The position numbers and the translations under genes were made by a program. DNA of 64,000 nucleotides, taken from Mobula birostris (taxonomy: Eukaryota). The first letter of the stretch is position 1. Every line of letters begins with the position of its first letter. The notes beneath the pieces were generated by a model. It was not told where the DNA came from, ran no database searches, and saw only the letters and a program-made list of their open reading frames with translations. Below are positions 37,331 to 49,023 of this stretch, piece by piece. Location: NCBI RefSeq assembly GCF_030028105.1, contig NC_092383.1:85951921-86015920 (forward strand). Reading direction: 5' to 3'.

Positions 37331-38434
37331 TTAGTATTTGCACTTTTTTGGTTGGTTGTCTTTGTTCATGTGTAGTTTTTCATTGATTCCATTGTATTTC
37401 TTTGTATTTACACTGAATGCCTGTAAGTAAATGAATGTCAGGATAGTATATGGTGACATATACAGTATGCACTTTAATAATATATATAAGTTTCTTTCCT
37501 GAGAATGATGCAATAATTTGATCAACATAAAAATAAAATTAATTGAAATTGGATATATTTCCAGTCAATATTCAAAGGTCTTAAAAACAAATGAAGAATG
37601 GATTAAAAGTTGGGCGTTGAATAAAATGAGTGGTTACAGCTTGCAATGGTCAGTGGGGTGTGTATCTGCAGATAGAAGTTGCTGTTTTTCTCAGAGTTGA
37701 CACGTAACTGTAACCCGTGGATGTACAATTAGCATTGGAGCTGCTACATGAAGGGAGTTGTTAGCAAATGTAAGGATCACCATTGTATGATGACAAAGTG
37801 CGAAATGTTGAAAGATTCTTTGTAATCAGATAATGATGTGGTATAGCATAAATTTCTTCACACAGTGGCTGAGGGAGAGAAGAATGAGAGCAAAGGCCAC
37901 ATATACATGGAAAACTGTGGCAGGTCACTATTACACAGCAAGTTACAACATAGAATAAAACTGCCATCTACACCCCAATTCTGAGTTTATTTTAGTTGTC
38001 TATCTTTCACCATTGGTCAAGAGGATGTAATTTTCTTTGATAAATACGTTTTAAAGGATTCACATTTTAATGCATCAAGTTTCAGTAACTGACAGACTGT
38101 AGTTTCAAGATCAGGCACCTGAATCAGCATGGATAACTTCACTCACTCAACACTGAACTGATCACGACACACAACCTATGGGCTCACTTTCAAGGACTCC
38201 ACAACTCGTGTTCTCAGTGCTTATTTATTTGGAGATTCAGCACAGAACAGGCCCTTTAGGCCAAATGAGCCACACCGCCCAGTAACCCACCGATTTAACC
38301 CAGCCCAATTCCAGCACAGTTGTCACTAATTTCATTTGGCACAAGAAGATGGATTTTGCTGTATGCTTCGATGTTTTCATGTACACGTGACAAATAAAAA
38401 GCCAATCTTTTTAACAAAACTGAATATACATGCA

Positions 38435-38622
38435 ATATTTCCTTCCTCTCCATGTAGCCCATTTATTTCCACCAAGACTGAATATTGGTGACCAATATTC
38501 CACAGCACCAGTGCATTGTGTGTGACTGATTTACTGTCGCATAGGGGCAATCAATTGTGATCGCTCTTCCTACAACTCCTCTTACCCCATCTCTCCATCT
38601 CCACATTTCCATCTCTCTCTAA
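38435..38622 (-). pseudogene. Unit C 5' half V-type Ig exon, frameshifted and truncated
   Basis: VRGVVGRAITIDCPYATVNQSHTMHWCCG/GHQYSVLVEINGLHG with indels; GA-rich expansion after the acceptor; homology lost near 38435. Confidence 0.8.
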
Positions 38623-39934
38623 CTAAAAGGAAGATGAAAGTGAGAGCAAAATTCTTGAGGATCTGAAGACAATTCAGAAATGGAGCACAGGAGGGTGAGA
38701 GACAACATGATCGAGATGTACAAAATGATCAGAGGCATAGATCAAGTGTCTATCCAAAGTATATCTCACGGCAGAAATGGCTAAAGTGTGGGGAGTAATT
38801 TCAAGGTGATTGGAGGATAGTATTGAGGGGACGTCAGAGACAGGATCTTCACAGAGTGCTGGGTGCATGGAAAGCCTTGCCAGGAGTGATGGAATATGCA
38901 GATACATTTAAATAATCTTTCAGGTGGGCACATAGAGGATAGGAGAGTTACAGAAGGGAAGGATTAGTCTGATCTTCAAGGAGGGTAAAAGACCCTGTAC
39001 TCTGCTGTAATGTTCTATCTTCTATGTTCCATAAGTGGTGGAAACAACCCAGTCCACGACAGGGAAAGGCCACCCCACCACTGGACAAACACATTTACAA
39101 GGAGAGCTGTCACAAAAAAGCAACGTCCATCATCAAGGACCCCCACCGTCCACGCTCTTTTCCCACTACTACCATTGGATAAGAGGTGCAGTCACCTTAG
39201 GTCCCACTGCCCCAGGTTCAGGAATAGTTAATACCCTTCAATCATCAGACTCCTGAACCGAGGTAGATAACTTCACTCACCTCAACTCTGAACTGATTCC
39301 ACAACCCATGGACTCAATCTCACTTTCAAGGATTCTACAACACATTATCAGCATAAAAATAACATCAACAATATTTAGATTTTTATTTGCACTGTCTTCT
39401 TTGCACATTGGTTGATTGTTAGTCTTTTGTTTGGGTGCAATATTTTCATTGATTCTATTGTATTTTTTTGTTCTACTGTGAATGCCCACCTGAAAATGAA
39501 TATCAAGGCAGCACTTTGATAACAAATTTCCTTTGAACATTGAAGTCTAGCAGTAATGGAGATGCTGCTTTCAAATCAGATGCCTTCCAACTACTCAAAT
39601 GCACACAAAGATCACTCAGTGATGTTTCATTAAGAGTCCCAGCTGTAATGGCTACACTTTTCATTTAAACAACACTGGCCTTGACTTTTTCAGATGACAT
39701 TTGGGTGTGAGGATCAGTGGAATCCCTTAGTTCTCACAGTACCGTCAACCATCCATCTGACCACACTGCTGTCTGATGGTACATCAGGAGTGAAGACAGT
39801 CACTCCAATCCCCCTCCAATCTACTGGAGCCTGAAAAGCCAAGCCCAAAATCTCATTGGACAGCCTCCTTTTCCAGTATTTCCTGCTCCCTTGAGAATTT
39901 TTAGCAAACTGGATTCTGAATGATGAGAGTTTGA

Positions 39935-40010
39935 AAACGGAGAGAAACTCTGGTATAGCAAATGGAGAGAAACTCTGGTATAGCAAACAGAGAGAAACTC
40001 TAGTATAGCA
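39935..40010. repeat. 25-bp tandem repeat, 3 copies
   Basis: GGAGAGAAACTCTGGTATAGCAAAT at 39939, 39964 and 39989. Confidence 0.9.
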
Positions 40011-40668
40011 TGAAGTCTGTGGACCATTTTGGGACTTAGCAGAGCAAACAAAGGCACTGATAAACAAAGTCTCCTTTGTCTATCCTGCCTGCTATTTGCT
40101 CAAACAATTTCAATGGATTTGGGAGGGTAGATTTCTTCTGAAAGAAACCATGTTGATTTCAGCATATTTTATCATATGCCTCCGAGTACTCTGAAATCCC
40201 ATCCCTAATAACAGATTCTAACATCTTACCATCCATTGAAGCCAGGCTAGTTGGCCTGTAATATCCTGCCTTTTGTCTCCCTCCCTTCTTAAAGAGATGA
40301 ATTACATTTTAATTTTTCAGTCATCTGGAACCATAGTTAAAAGATTACTTCTAATGCTTCCACAATCCCTCCAGCTACTTCATTAAGAACCCTGGGATGC
40401 AGTCCAGATAACTGATCCTATTTCACAATGCTCTTTCAACTATTCTGCTCCATTCAGGTTCAGTGCAGGGTCTTGACCCAAACCATCAACAATCCCCTTC
40501 CCCCAGATGGCTGCTGCGTGGTCTGCTGAGTTCCTCTGGGAATTTTCTCTAAACTCCAGATTCTGAAATCTTTAGTGTCTACATATATTCACGCACTGTT
40601 CTGGAAATTATGAATGACCCCCTAGTCAAAACAAATTATGAAAATATCCCATGCTGGTTGCCACTCAC

Positions 40669-40708
40669 CATGTAGGACACAAATTAGAAGAATCAAACTC
40701 CACATCAT
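40669..40708 (-). CDS. Unit C leader exon MMWSLILLICVLH with intact donor
   Basis: ATG at 40708, 40 nt, G|gtgagt donor. Flanks are homologous to the other leader regions; AGGAAGT at 40789-40795 and AACCACA at 40806-40812 lie upstream. Confidence 0.8.
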
Positions 40709-41072
40709 TTTATTCACAGAGACCTGGTCAACACTTGTCTGGTCACAGAGTGAAGTAACTGTCAAATAAAATTAAGGAAGAAGGGAGAAGGAAGTCCAAT
40801 CATGTAACCACACGTCATCAGTTGATGTGTGATATGTGATCATATTTCAAGTTCAACTTGAAATTTAATGGGGGAGAAAATAAGTCTAACAGCATTATTT
40901 CAGTGGAGTAAAGAAAGTTACAATGGAACGAAAGAGGAGTTGGCCAAAGTAAATTGGAAGGAGATGCTGGCAGAGATGACAGCAGAGCAGCAATGGTGTG
41001 AGTTTCTGGGAAAGATGAGGAAGGTGCAGCACAGATTTATTGCAAAAATGAAGAAATACTCAAATGACATGA

Positions 41073-43095
41073 TGTCATGGTCCAGTCCGTGAAGTCCACA
41101 TTCCGGTTCATGGTCTGGTCCGTGGACCCAGGACTCTGGGTCTTCCAGCTGTCCCTTGTTTCAGTTAAACATTGGCACCTGATTCCCATCTTTGAACTTG
41201 CAATATAAGTAGCCTTCGGATTGAGTGTAGGCTGCTGGTCTGTCTTGTCAGTCCCCCTTGGAGCAACCTGCTAGTGGAAGGCTAGAGCAGCCAATTGCCA
41301 TCTTTAGGCTGTATTGGGGAACCATCCCCTCATGGAGCCTCGCTGTCAGTAGTCAGAGCTGTCTTTGCAGTATGGATTTGGCTGTTTCCTGGGCCAGCTG
41401 AGTGGCTGCCAGCCACTCCAAGCTAGGTAGGGATCGGGCTGTTTCCGTAGCCAGTGGAGGTTGCTGGCTGAACTGAGACTTGGAGCTACCCCCGAGCAGA
41501 GATGGAACTGTCTGTTGTTCTTTGGTGTTTGTCTCTTCTTGTCCTTGCTGCTGTGGGGTAAGTCAAGCCGTCTTGCCGTTGCCCTGCGGGGGGTCATGTC
41601 TTGTTTTGTCCTTGCCTCCATGGAGTAATTCAGGCCATTTTGCCGTTGCCCTGCGGGGGGTCATGTCTTGTCTTCTCCTCGCCTCCATGGGCTGTCTTGC
41701 CTCTGCCCTCCGGGGGGGGGGACATGCCTTGTCTTTGCCTCTGTTGGCTACATCTGGCTGTCCTGCCGTTACCCAACAGGTGGACCTGTCCCACCTTGGT
41801 GTGGAAAAGTTGAGTCCCGGCTTGTCTTAGGATAAGTCCCGGCCCTATGTCTATGTTCTGTCCTGTCTCACGTCAGTGTCGTGTTAAAGATGAGTCCTGG
41901 CTTGTCGATGAATAAGTCCCAGCTCTATGTTGATGTTTGGTTCCCAGTCTGTCTCTGAGCTCCAAGAACCCCAGCCTCGCAGCTCCCGCAGCCGAGCTCC
42001 AAGAACCCCAGCCTCGCAGCTCCCGCAGCCGAGCTCCAAGAACCCCAAGCGTCGAGGATCCCGCAGCCGAGCTCCAAGAACCCCAAGCGTCGAGGATCCC
42101 GCAGCCGAGCTCCAAGAACCCCAAGCGTCGAGGATCCCGCAGCCGAGCTCCAAGAACCCCAAGCGTCGAGGATCCCGCAGCCGAGCTCCAAGAACCCCAA
42201 GCGTCGAGGATCCCGCAGCCGAGCTCCAAGAACCCCAAGCGTCGAGGATCCCGCAGCCGAGCTCCAAGAACCCCAAGCGTCGAGGATCCCGCAGCCGAGC
42301 TCCAAGAACCCCAAGCGTCGAGGATCCCGCAGCCGAGCTCCAAGAACCCCAAGCGTCGAGGATCCCGCAGCCGAGCTCCAAGAACCCCAAGCGTCGAGGA
42401 TCCCGCAGCCGAGCTCCAAGAACCCCAAGCGTCGAGGATCCCGCAGCCGAGCTCCAAGAACCCCAAGCGTCGAGGATCCCGCAGCCGAGCTCCAAGAACC
42501 CCAAGCGTCGAGGATCCCGCAGCCGAGCTCCAAGAACCCCAAGCGTCGAGGATCCCGCAGCCGAGCTCCAAGAACCCCAAGCGTCGAGGATCCCGCAGCC
42601 GAGCTCCAAGAACCCCAAGCGTCGAGGATCCCGCAGCCGAGCTCCAAGAACCCCAAGCCTCGAGGATCCCGCAGCCGAGCTCCAAGAACCCCAAGCCTCG
42701 AGGATCCCGCAGCCGAGCTCCAAGAACCCCAAGCCTCGAGGATCCCGCAGCCGAGCTCAAGACCCAAGACCCCAGCCTGTCTCCAATCTCAGGCCTCTAG
42801 ACCCCAGCCACATCCTGTCCTGAAGCCATGTCATGTCCTTGCCTGGTTCCGGGGTCCGAGCCTGAGGCAATACCCAGGTTTTGGGTCCTTGTCCAGTCTC
42901 AGGCTTGGAGTCCAAGCCTTGTCTCCTAGGCCATGGTTCCTAGTCCTGGTCCCGCTTTCCCTAGCCCAAGTCTGCGTTCTTGTCCCTGCTCCCTGCCTGA
43001 ATCCTGTCACGTCCCTACTCTAGTCAAGTTCTGTTCCTTGTACTTCAGTGTCTGTGTCTCGCATTTGGGTCTATTCCCAGCACCCTATTGTGACA
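41073..43095. mobile_element. Solo LTR-like element (2023 bp) containing a minisatellite
   Basis: TGTCA..TGACA termini; flanks CATGA/CAAGA (5-bp TSD with one mismatch); inserted in CR1. Confidence 0.8.
41957..42758. repeat. 37/38-bp minisatellite, 21 units
   Basis: Two 37-mers, then 16 identical 38-mers GAGCTCCAAGAACCCCAAGCGTCGAGGATCCCGCAGCC (42031-42638), then 3 variant 38-mers (..AAGCCTCGAG..). Confidence 0.97.
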
Positions 43096-43762
43096 CAAGA
43101 TAGTACAACCGTGGCTGACAAGGGAAGTCAAAGCTAATGTAAAAGCAAAAATTAGCAGGAAGATAGAACATTGGGAAGCTTTCAAAACCTACAGAAAGCA
43201 ACTAAAAGAATCATTGGGACAGAAAAGACAAAATACGAAAACAAGCTACCAAGAAGCTTTTTCAAGTATTTATGAAAATAAAAGAGTGATGAAAGTGGAT
43301 AATGGACTGCTAGAAAATGATGCAGGAGAAATCATAATGGGAGACAAGAAGATAGCAGATGAACTAAATGAATACTTTGCCTCAGCCTTCACCATGGAAG
43401 ACACTAGCAATGTGCCAGGTATAGAAGGGTGTGAGGGGAGAGCAGTGAGTGCAGTTGTTATTACAAGGAATGAGGTGCTCAAAAAGTTGAAAAACCTAAA
43501 GGTGAACAAGCCACCCAGACCAGATGAACTGCACCCGAGGGTTCTGAAAGTTGTAGTGGTAGAGACTGTGGAAGCCTTAGAAATGATCTTTCAAGAATCA
43601 TTGGACTCTGGCATGGTGCCAGAGGACTGGAAAAATTGCAAATATCACTTCACTCTTTATGAAAGGAGGGAGGCAGGAGAAAGGAAATAATTGACTACTT
43701 AGCCTGATCTCAGTGGCTGGGAAGATGTTGGAGTCAATCGTTAAGGATGAGGTTATGGAGTA

Positions 43763-46125
43763 CAGTTGTCCCCCGCTTTTCGCATGTTCGCTTTACCAAA
43801 CCTCACTGTTACGAAAGACGTACATTAGTTACCTGTTTTGTCTAACAGAAGGTGTTTTCACTGTTACGAAAAAAGGCAGCCCGCGAAAAAAGCAGCACGC
43901 AAAAAAAGGAGCGGGCGCCCTGAGCAGCTGCACTTCCCCCGGATTTGGAACTGCATTCTAGCCGGCTTTGCTTAAACTTGTGCCTGTGAGCAGCCATTAG
44001 CAAGATGAGTTCTAAGTTATCGGAAAAGCCTAAAAGAGCTTGTAAGTGTGTTATGCTCAGGGTAAAACCAGACATAAATAAACTTTTCGATCGTGGTGAA
44101 CGAAGCAAGGACAAAGTGAGGTTGGCTTGTGGAAGTTGACAAACATGATATCCCATGACCAAGAACTGATAGATGAAGAGCTGATACAATTGGAAGAGGA
44201 AAGGATAACAATCAAAACCAAATGCAGTAGCGAATGGACTGAAAGTGAAGTCATCCAGGAACTGAACGTGAAGCAACTGCATGAGATTTTCACTGCAATG
44301 ATGAAGTAAAACGACTTTAATTTTGAAAGGGTACGTTGGTTTAGGGCATATTGGCAAGATGGTTTGAGTGTTTACAAAGAACTGTATGATAGAAAAATGC
44401 ACGAGGCTAGCAGTCAAGCATACTGTCATTTTTCAAGCTTTCCATATCAGCCACAGCAGACGGCGAACCTCGACCTTCAACATAGAGGCAGGCAGACATA
44501 GAAGAAGATGACCTGCCTGCCCTAATGGAAACAGATGACGATGAGATGACACTCCAGTGTCCCACCACCCCAGCCCCCGGACCGCGGGCCGATACATTGC
44601 CGCAGAGAATGCAGCGGTAGTGGGACGTACTTAGCACATCTTCAATAAAAGAAGCTGAAATAAGCAAGCTAATTAATTAGGTGCCGCCCAGCACATAAAT
44701 GTCGGCCCAGATCAGAGGCGATCGCCGATTGCGTTGCCTCTGATCTGGGCTGACCTTTACGTGCCGGGTGGCACCTAATTAATTATCTTCTTTACTTCGA
44801 CTTTTCTCTTAAAGATATGCTGGGTGCGTACCGACCACCGCTGTACCCCTGCATGCTTCGCAGATCGGTATCGGTCGGTGGTCTGGAGGGTGGGGGCCAC
44901 TGCACCACCCCAACCTCCGACGACTCAGTCTAACACACCATCATCAGTGTGCTCTGCGCTGTCTTCCCAATTCTGGTAAGTGAAACTACACTGCATATAC
45001 ATTATTTCTACTTTATATAGGCTGTGTATTTTTATGCATTATTTGGTATGATTTGGCAGCTTCATAGTTTAAACATTACTGGAGAGTGTGTTTCTGCCAA
45101 GAGCACTTGCCTGAGGTTTTTCCGAGACCACTTGCGCCGTGTTTCTGCTGAGAACGCTTGCGTGAGATTTTCACTACAGAGAACAGTGCAGGCAATGATT
45201 GTAGAGAAGTATTTCTACTTTATATAGGCTGTGTATTTACCATATCATTCCTGCTTTTACTATATTATACTGTTATTTTAGGTTTTGTGTTATTTGGCAT
45301 GATTTGGTAGGTTATTTTTGGGTCTGCAAACACTCACAAATTTTTCCCATATAAATAAGTGGTAATTGCTGCTTTGCTTTACGACATTCCAGCTTATGAA
45401 CTGTTTCATAGGATCGCTCTATCTTCGGATGGCGGGCAGGAGGAGAAGATGGCGGCGCGACGCAGCGCATGCTGCCTTTCCAGTGAAATGATATATTTGT
45501 TAAATAGAGGCCGTGCACAATTCTGATTTGATGGAGACAGATGTGAGAAGCACGGAGGAACACCTGGAGAATCTTCTGAAATGTCCCGTTCGCTGCTGCT
45601 ACTATGTGATCGAGAATCTCCAGAGGGAAGGCCCCAAATCCTCGGTATTTCCTGTTGCTGGCGGCCAGGGCTGGGGTCGAAGTGCTCGGCAGAGGTGGTG
45701 TTCGGTGATCGGTGTCAGAGGGCTGGTCGGAGGCTTGAAGTTTTTGGATGACTTAGAGTCGGACTGTGGTTGGGTGCTTCCAGGATGCTGCATTGGCAAG
45801 TTTTTCTGCATTGCTGCACTAGAAACTCATGGCAGGGAGAGTTTTCTTCCTTCTCCCGTCTGTGTGAGATGTTGGGACTGTCGAGAGACTTTGAACTTTT
45901 TTTTACCATGCCCATGGCCTGCTCTTCATCAAGTTACGGTATTGCTTGCACTGTTGTAACTATATGTTATAATTATGCGTTTTCTGTCAGTTTTTCAGTC
46001 TTGGTCTGTCTTGTGTTTCTGTGATATCACACTGGAGGAACATTGTATCATTTCTTAATACATGCATTATTAAATGACAATAAAAGAGGACTGTGTCCTC
46101 ATAATCTAATCTTAAAAAAAACCTG
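43763..46125 (+). mobile_element. Tigger/pogo-like internally deleted DNA transposon with TA duplication
   Basis: TA|CAGTTG..AACCTG|TA; removal restores the CR1 sequence atggagtacttagtg; CENP-B/psq-like N-terminus near 44004 and ELIDEELIQLEEER C-terminal remnant. Confidence 0.8.
45428..46112 (+). mobile_element. Non-coding retroelement-like insert inside the right end of the Tigger-like element
   Basis: Begins ggaggagaagatggcggcg, ends aataaaagagg..ataatctaatct, and separates the terminal sequence of the host element. Family unassigned. Confidence 0.5.
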
Positions 46126-48294
46126 TACTTAGTGACACAGAGCAAGATAGGGTAAAGTCAGCATGGTTTCCTTAAGAGAAAATCTTGCCTAGTGAACCTG
46201 TTGGAATTCTTTGAGGAGATTACAAGTAGGATACAGAAAGGAAATTTAGTGGATATTGTATATTTGGATTTTCAGAAGGCCTTTGACAAGGCGCCACACA
46301 TGAGTCTGCTTACCAAGTTAAGAGCCCATGGTATTACAGGAAAGTTACTAGCATGGCTGATTGGTAGGAGGCTCCGAGTGGGAATAAAAGGGTCCTTTAC
46401 TTGTTGGCTGCCAGTGACTAGTGGTGTTCCGCAGGGGTCAGTATTAGGACCGCTTCTTTTTATGCTGGATATCAATGAATTAGATGATGGAATAGATGGC
46501 TTTGTTGCCAAGTTTGCAGCTGATATGAAAATTGGTGGAGGTGCAGATAGTGTTGGGAACACAGATAGGCTGCAGAAGGAATTAGACAGATAAGGAAAAT
46601 GGACAAGAAAGTGGCAAATGAAATACATTGTTGGAAAATGCATGGTCATGCACTTTGGTAGTAGATATAAATGTAAAGCCTGTTTTCTAAAAGGGGAGAA
46701 AATTGAAAAGTCGGATGCAACGGGACTTGGTAGTCCTTACGCAGAACATCCCATAGGTTACTTACAGGTTGAGCCAGTGGTGAGGAAGGCAAATGCGATG
46801 TTAACATTCATTTCAAGTGATTATATAAGAGCAGGGATGCAATGCTAGGGCTTTATAAGTGAGGCCTCACTTTGAGTATTGTGAAGAGTTGTAGGCTCCT
46901 TATCTGAGAAAAGATGTGCTGGCATTGTAGAGGGTTCAGAGGTGGTTCATAACAATGATTCTAGGAATGAAAAGGTTATCATATGAGGGACATTTGATGG
47001 CTCTGGGCTTCTACTCACTGGGATTTCAAAGGATGAGGGGTATCTCATTGAAACCTATTAAACGTTGAAAGGCCAAGACAAAGTAGATGTGGAAAGAATA
47101 TTTCCCATGGTAGGGGAGTCTAGGACAAGAGGGCACAAGCTCAGGATTCAGGGGTATCCATTTAGAACAGAGATATGGAGAAATGTCTCTGGCCAGAAGG
47201 TGGTAAACTTGTGGAATTTGTTACCACAGGCAGCTGTAGAGACCAGGCCTTTGGATGTATTTAAGGTGCAGACTGAAAGATTCTTCATTGGCCATGGTAT
47301 CAAATGTTATAGGGAGAAGGCTGGGGAGTGGGGCTGAGGAGGGCAAAACAAAGGATCAGCCATGACTGAATGGTGGAACAGGCCTGGTGGGTCAAAAGCT
47401 CCTACATCCTACGGCCTTATGAAAAGCAGCACACACAAAGTTCTTGAGGAACTCAGCAGGTCAGGCAACATCAATGGAAATTAATATACAGTCTTCATTT
47501 TGGATAGGACCCTTTATCAGAACAGAAAATGAAGGGGGAAGACATCAGAATAAAAAGTTGGGGTGAGTGGATGGAAGGTGATAGGTTAAGCCATCTGGAA
47601 AGGTAAGGTAGAGGGCTGGTGAGGAAGGAATATATTAGCAGTGGAGTGTGGACCAAAAGAGGAAGGGAAAGAGGAGGGAACCCAGGGGAAAGTGATTGGC
47701 AGGTGAGAAGAGGTAAAAGGCCAGAATATCAAAAGCTCTTAATTATATTTAACAAAATAAAAGACAATTCCCAATGACAGATAGGAATGATGAGAAAAAT
47801 CAAATTGCTAGACACTAGCAACAGCAGATGTTATGATCTGGAGCAAAAATAAATTGCTGGAGGTGTCATGAAGCAGGGGCTTAATCTAAAATGTTGATCA
47901 CTCTACATGAGCTGATGTTCTCTATCTCTAAGTTCCTCCAGAAAATTTTTTTCTTGCTCGAGTTAAAATGTCATCCATGATGAGTCATCGAGTAAAAGGT
48001 TCTGGCAAAAAGTTATTTGAGGAAGAGAAACAAATGAGAGGAAGAGAAATGACATGGTCAAGAAGTTCAGTTGTTGTTCAGAACAAACCTCAGAATGTGG
48101 AAGGATTGTGATCGAAGTGACTTTGACTGTAGAATGTTTGCAGGTGCCAGATGGGGCGGCCTGAGTTTCTCAGGAACTCCTGATCTCCTGCAATTGGCAC
48201 ACAAAACAGTTTCTAGAATTCACAGAAAATTGCCCCTTAAATTTCATTATTACATCCTCTCCCACTATCTAATCTAGCAGTACATTCCAGGCAC

Positions 48295-48910
48295 GTACGA
48301 CTACATCAGAATGCTGTTCATCGACTATAGCTCAGCATTTAACACCATCATTCCCACATTCCTGATTGAGAGGTTGCAGAACCTGGGCCTCTGTACCTCC
48401 CTCTACAATTGGAACCTCAACTTCCTAACCAGAAGACCACAGTCTGTGTGGATTGGTGATAACATATCCTCCTGGCTGACGACAAAACTGGCGCACTTCA
48501 TGGGTGTGTGCTTAGCCCACTGCTCTACTCTCTGTATACTGGGCATAACTCAAATACCATCTACAAATTTGTTGACGATACAACCATTGTTGATAGAATC
48601 TCAGGTGGTGACGAGAGGGCGTACAGGAGTGAGATATGCCAACTAGTGGAATGGTGCCTCAACAACAAGCTGAACAAGCTGGCACTCAACATCAGGAAGA
48701 CGAAAGAACTGACTGTGGACTTCAGGAAGTGTAAGACAAAGGAGCACATAACAATCCTCAGAGGGATCAGAAGTGGACAGAGAGAGATCAGCTTCAAGTT
48801 CCTTGGTGTCAAGATCTCTGAAGTTCTAACCTGGTCCCACCATATTGCTTCAGTTGTAAAGAAGGCAAGACAGGGGCTATACTTTATAAGGATTTTGAAG
48901 AGATTTTCAT
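48295..48910 (+). mobile_element. Rex1/Babar LINE RT fragment
   Basis: [15 protein letters not shown] and KFVDDTTIV; same family as 8411-10700. Confidence 0.82.
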
Positions 48911-49023
48911 AAACTTCTGTCTGATGTCTCCTCAGTCTCCAGAGAAAACAATCCTCTCCATAGAGCTTATATGCTCTAATCCAGAAAAAAAGCAGTAAAA
49001 CTTCTTCTTCAGATGCTCTAAAG

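Larger units (their letters stand above)
40866..47420 (+). mobile_element. CR1 LINE ORF2 to 3' end, interrupted by nested insertions
   Basis: Pieces 40866-41072, 43096-43762 and 46126-47420 read contiguously (LDFQKAFDKAPH, SGVPQGSVLGPLLF, KFAAD, NLWNLLP). Confidence 0.88.

Noticed and set aside
41957-42758. CRISPR-like array
   Set aside because: Units are contiguous with no unique spacers, the context is eukaryotic and there are no cas genes.
41873-42823. Five overlapping ORFs of 280-298 aa, and similar ORFs at 28649-29194
   Set aside because: Artefact of a stop-free 37/38-bp repeat cycling through all frames; no splice or promoter context.
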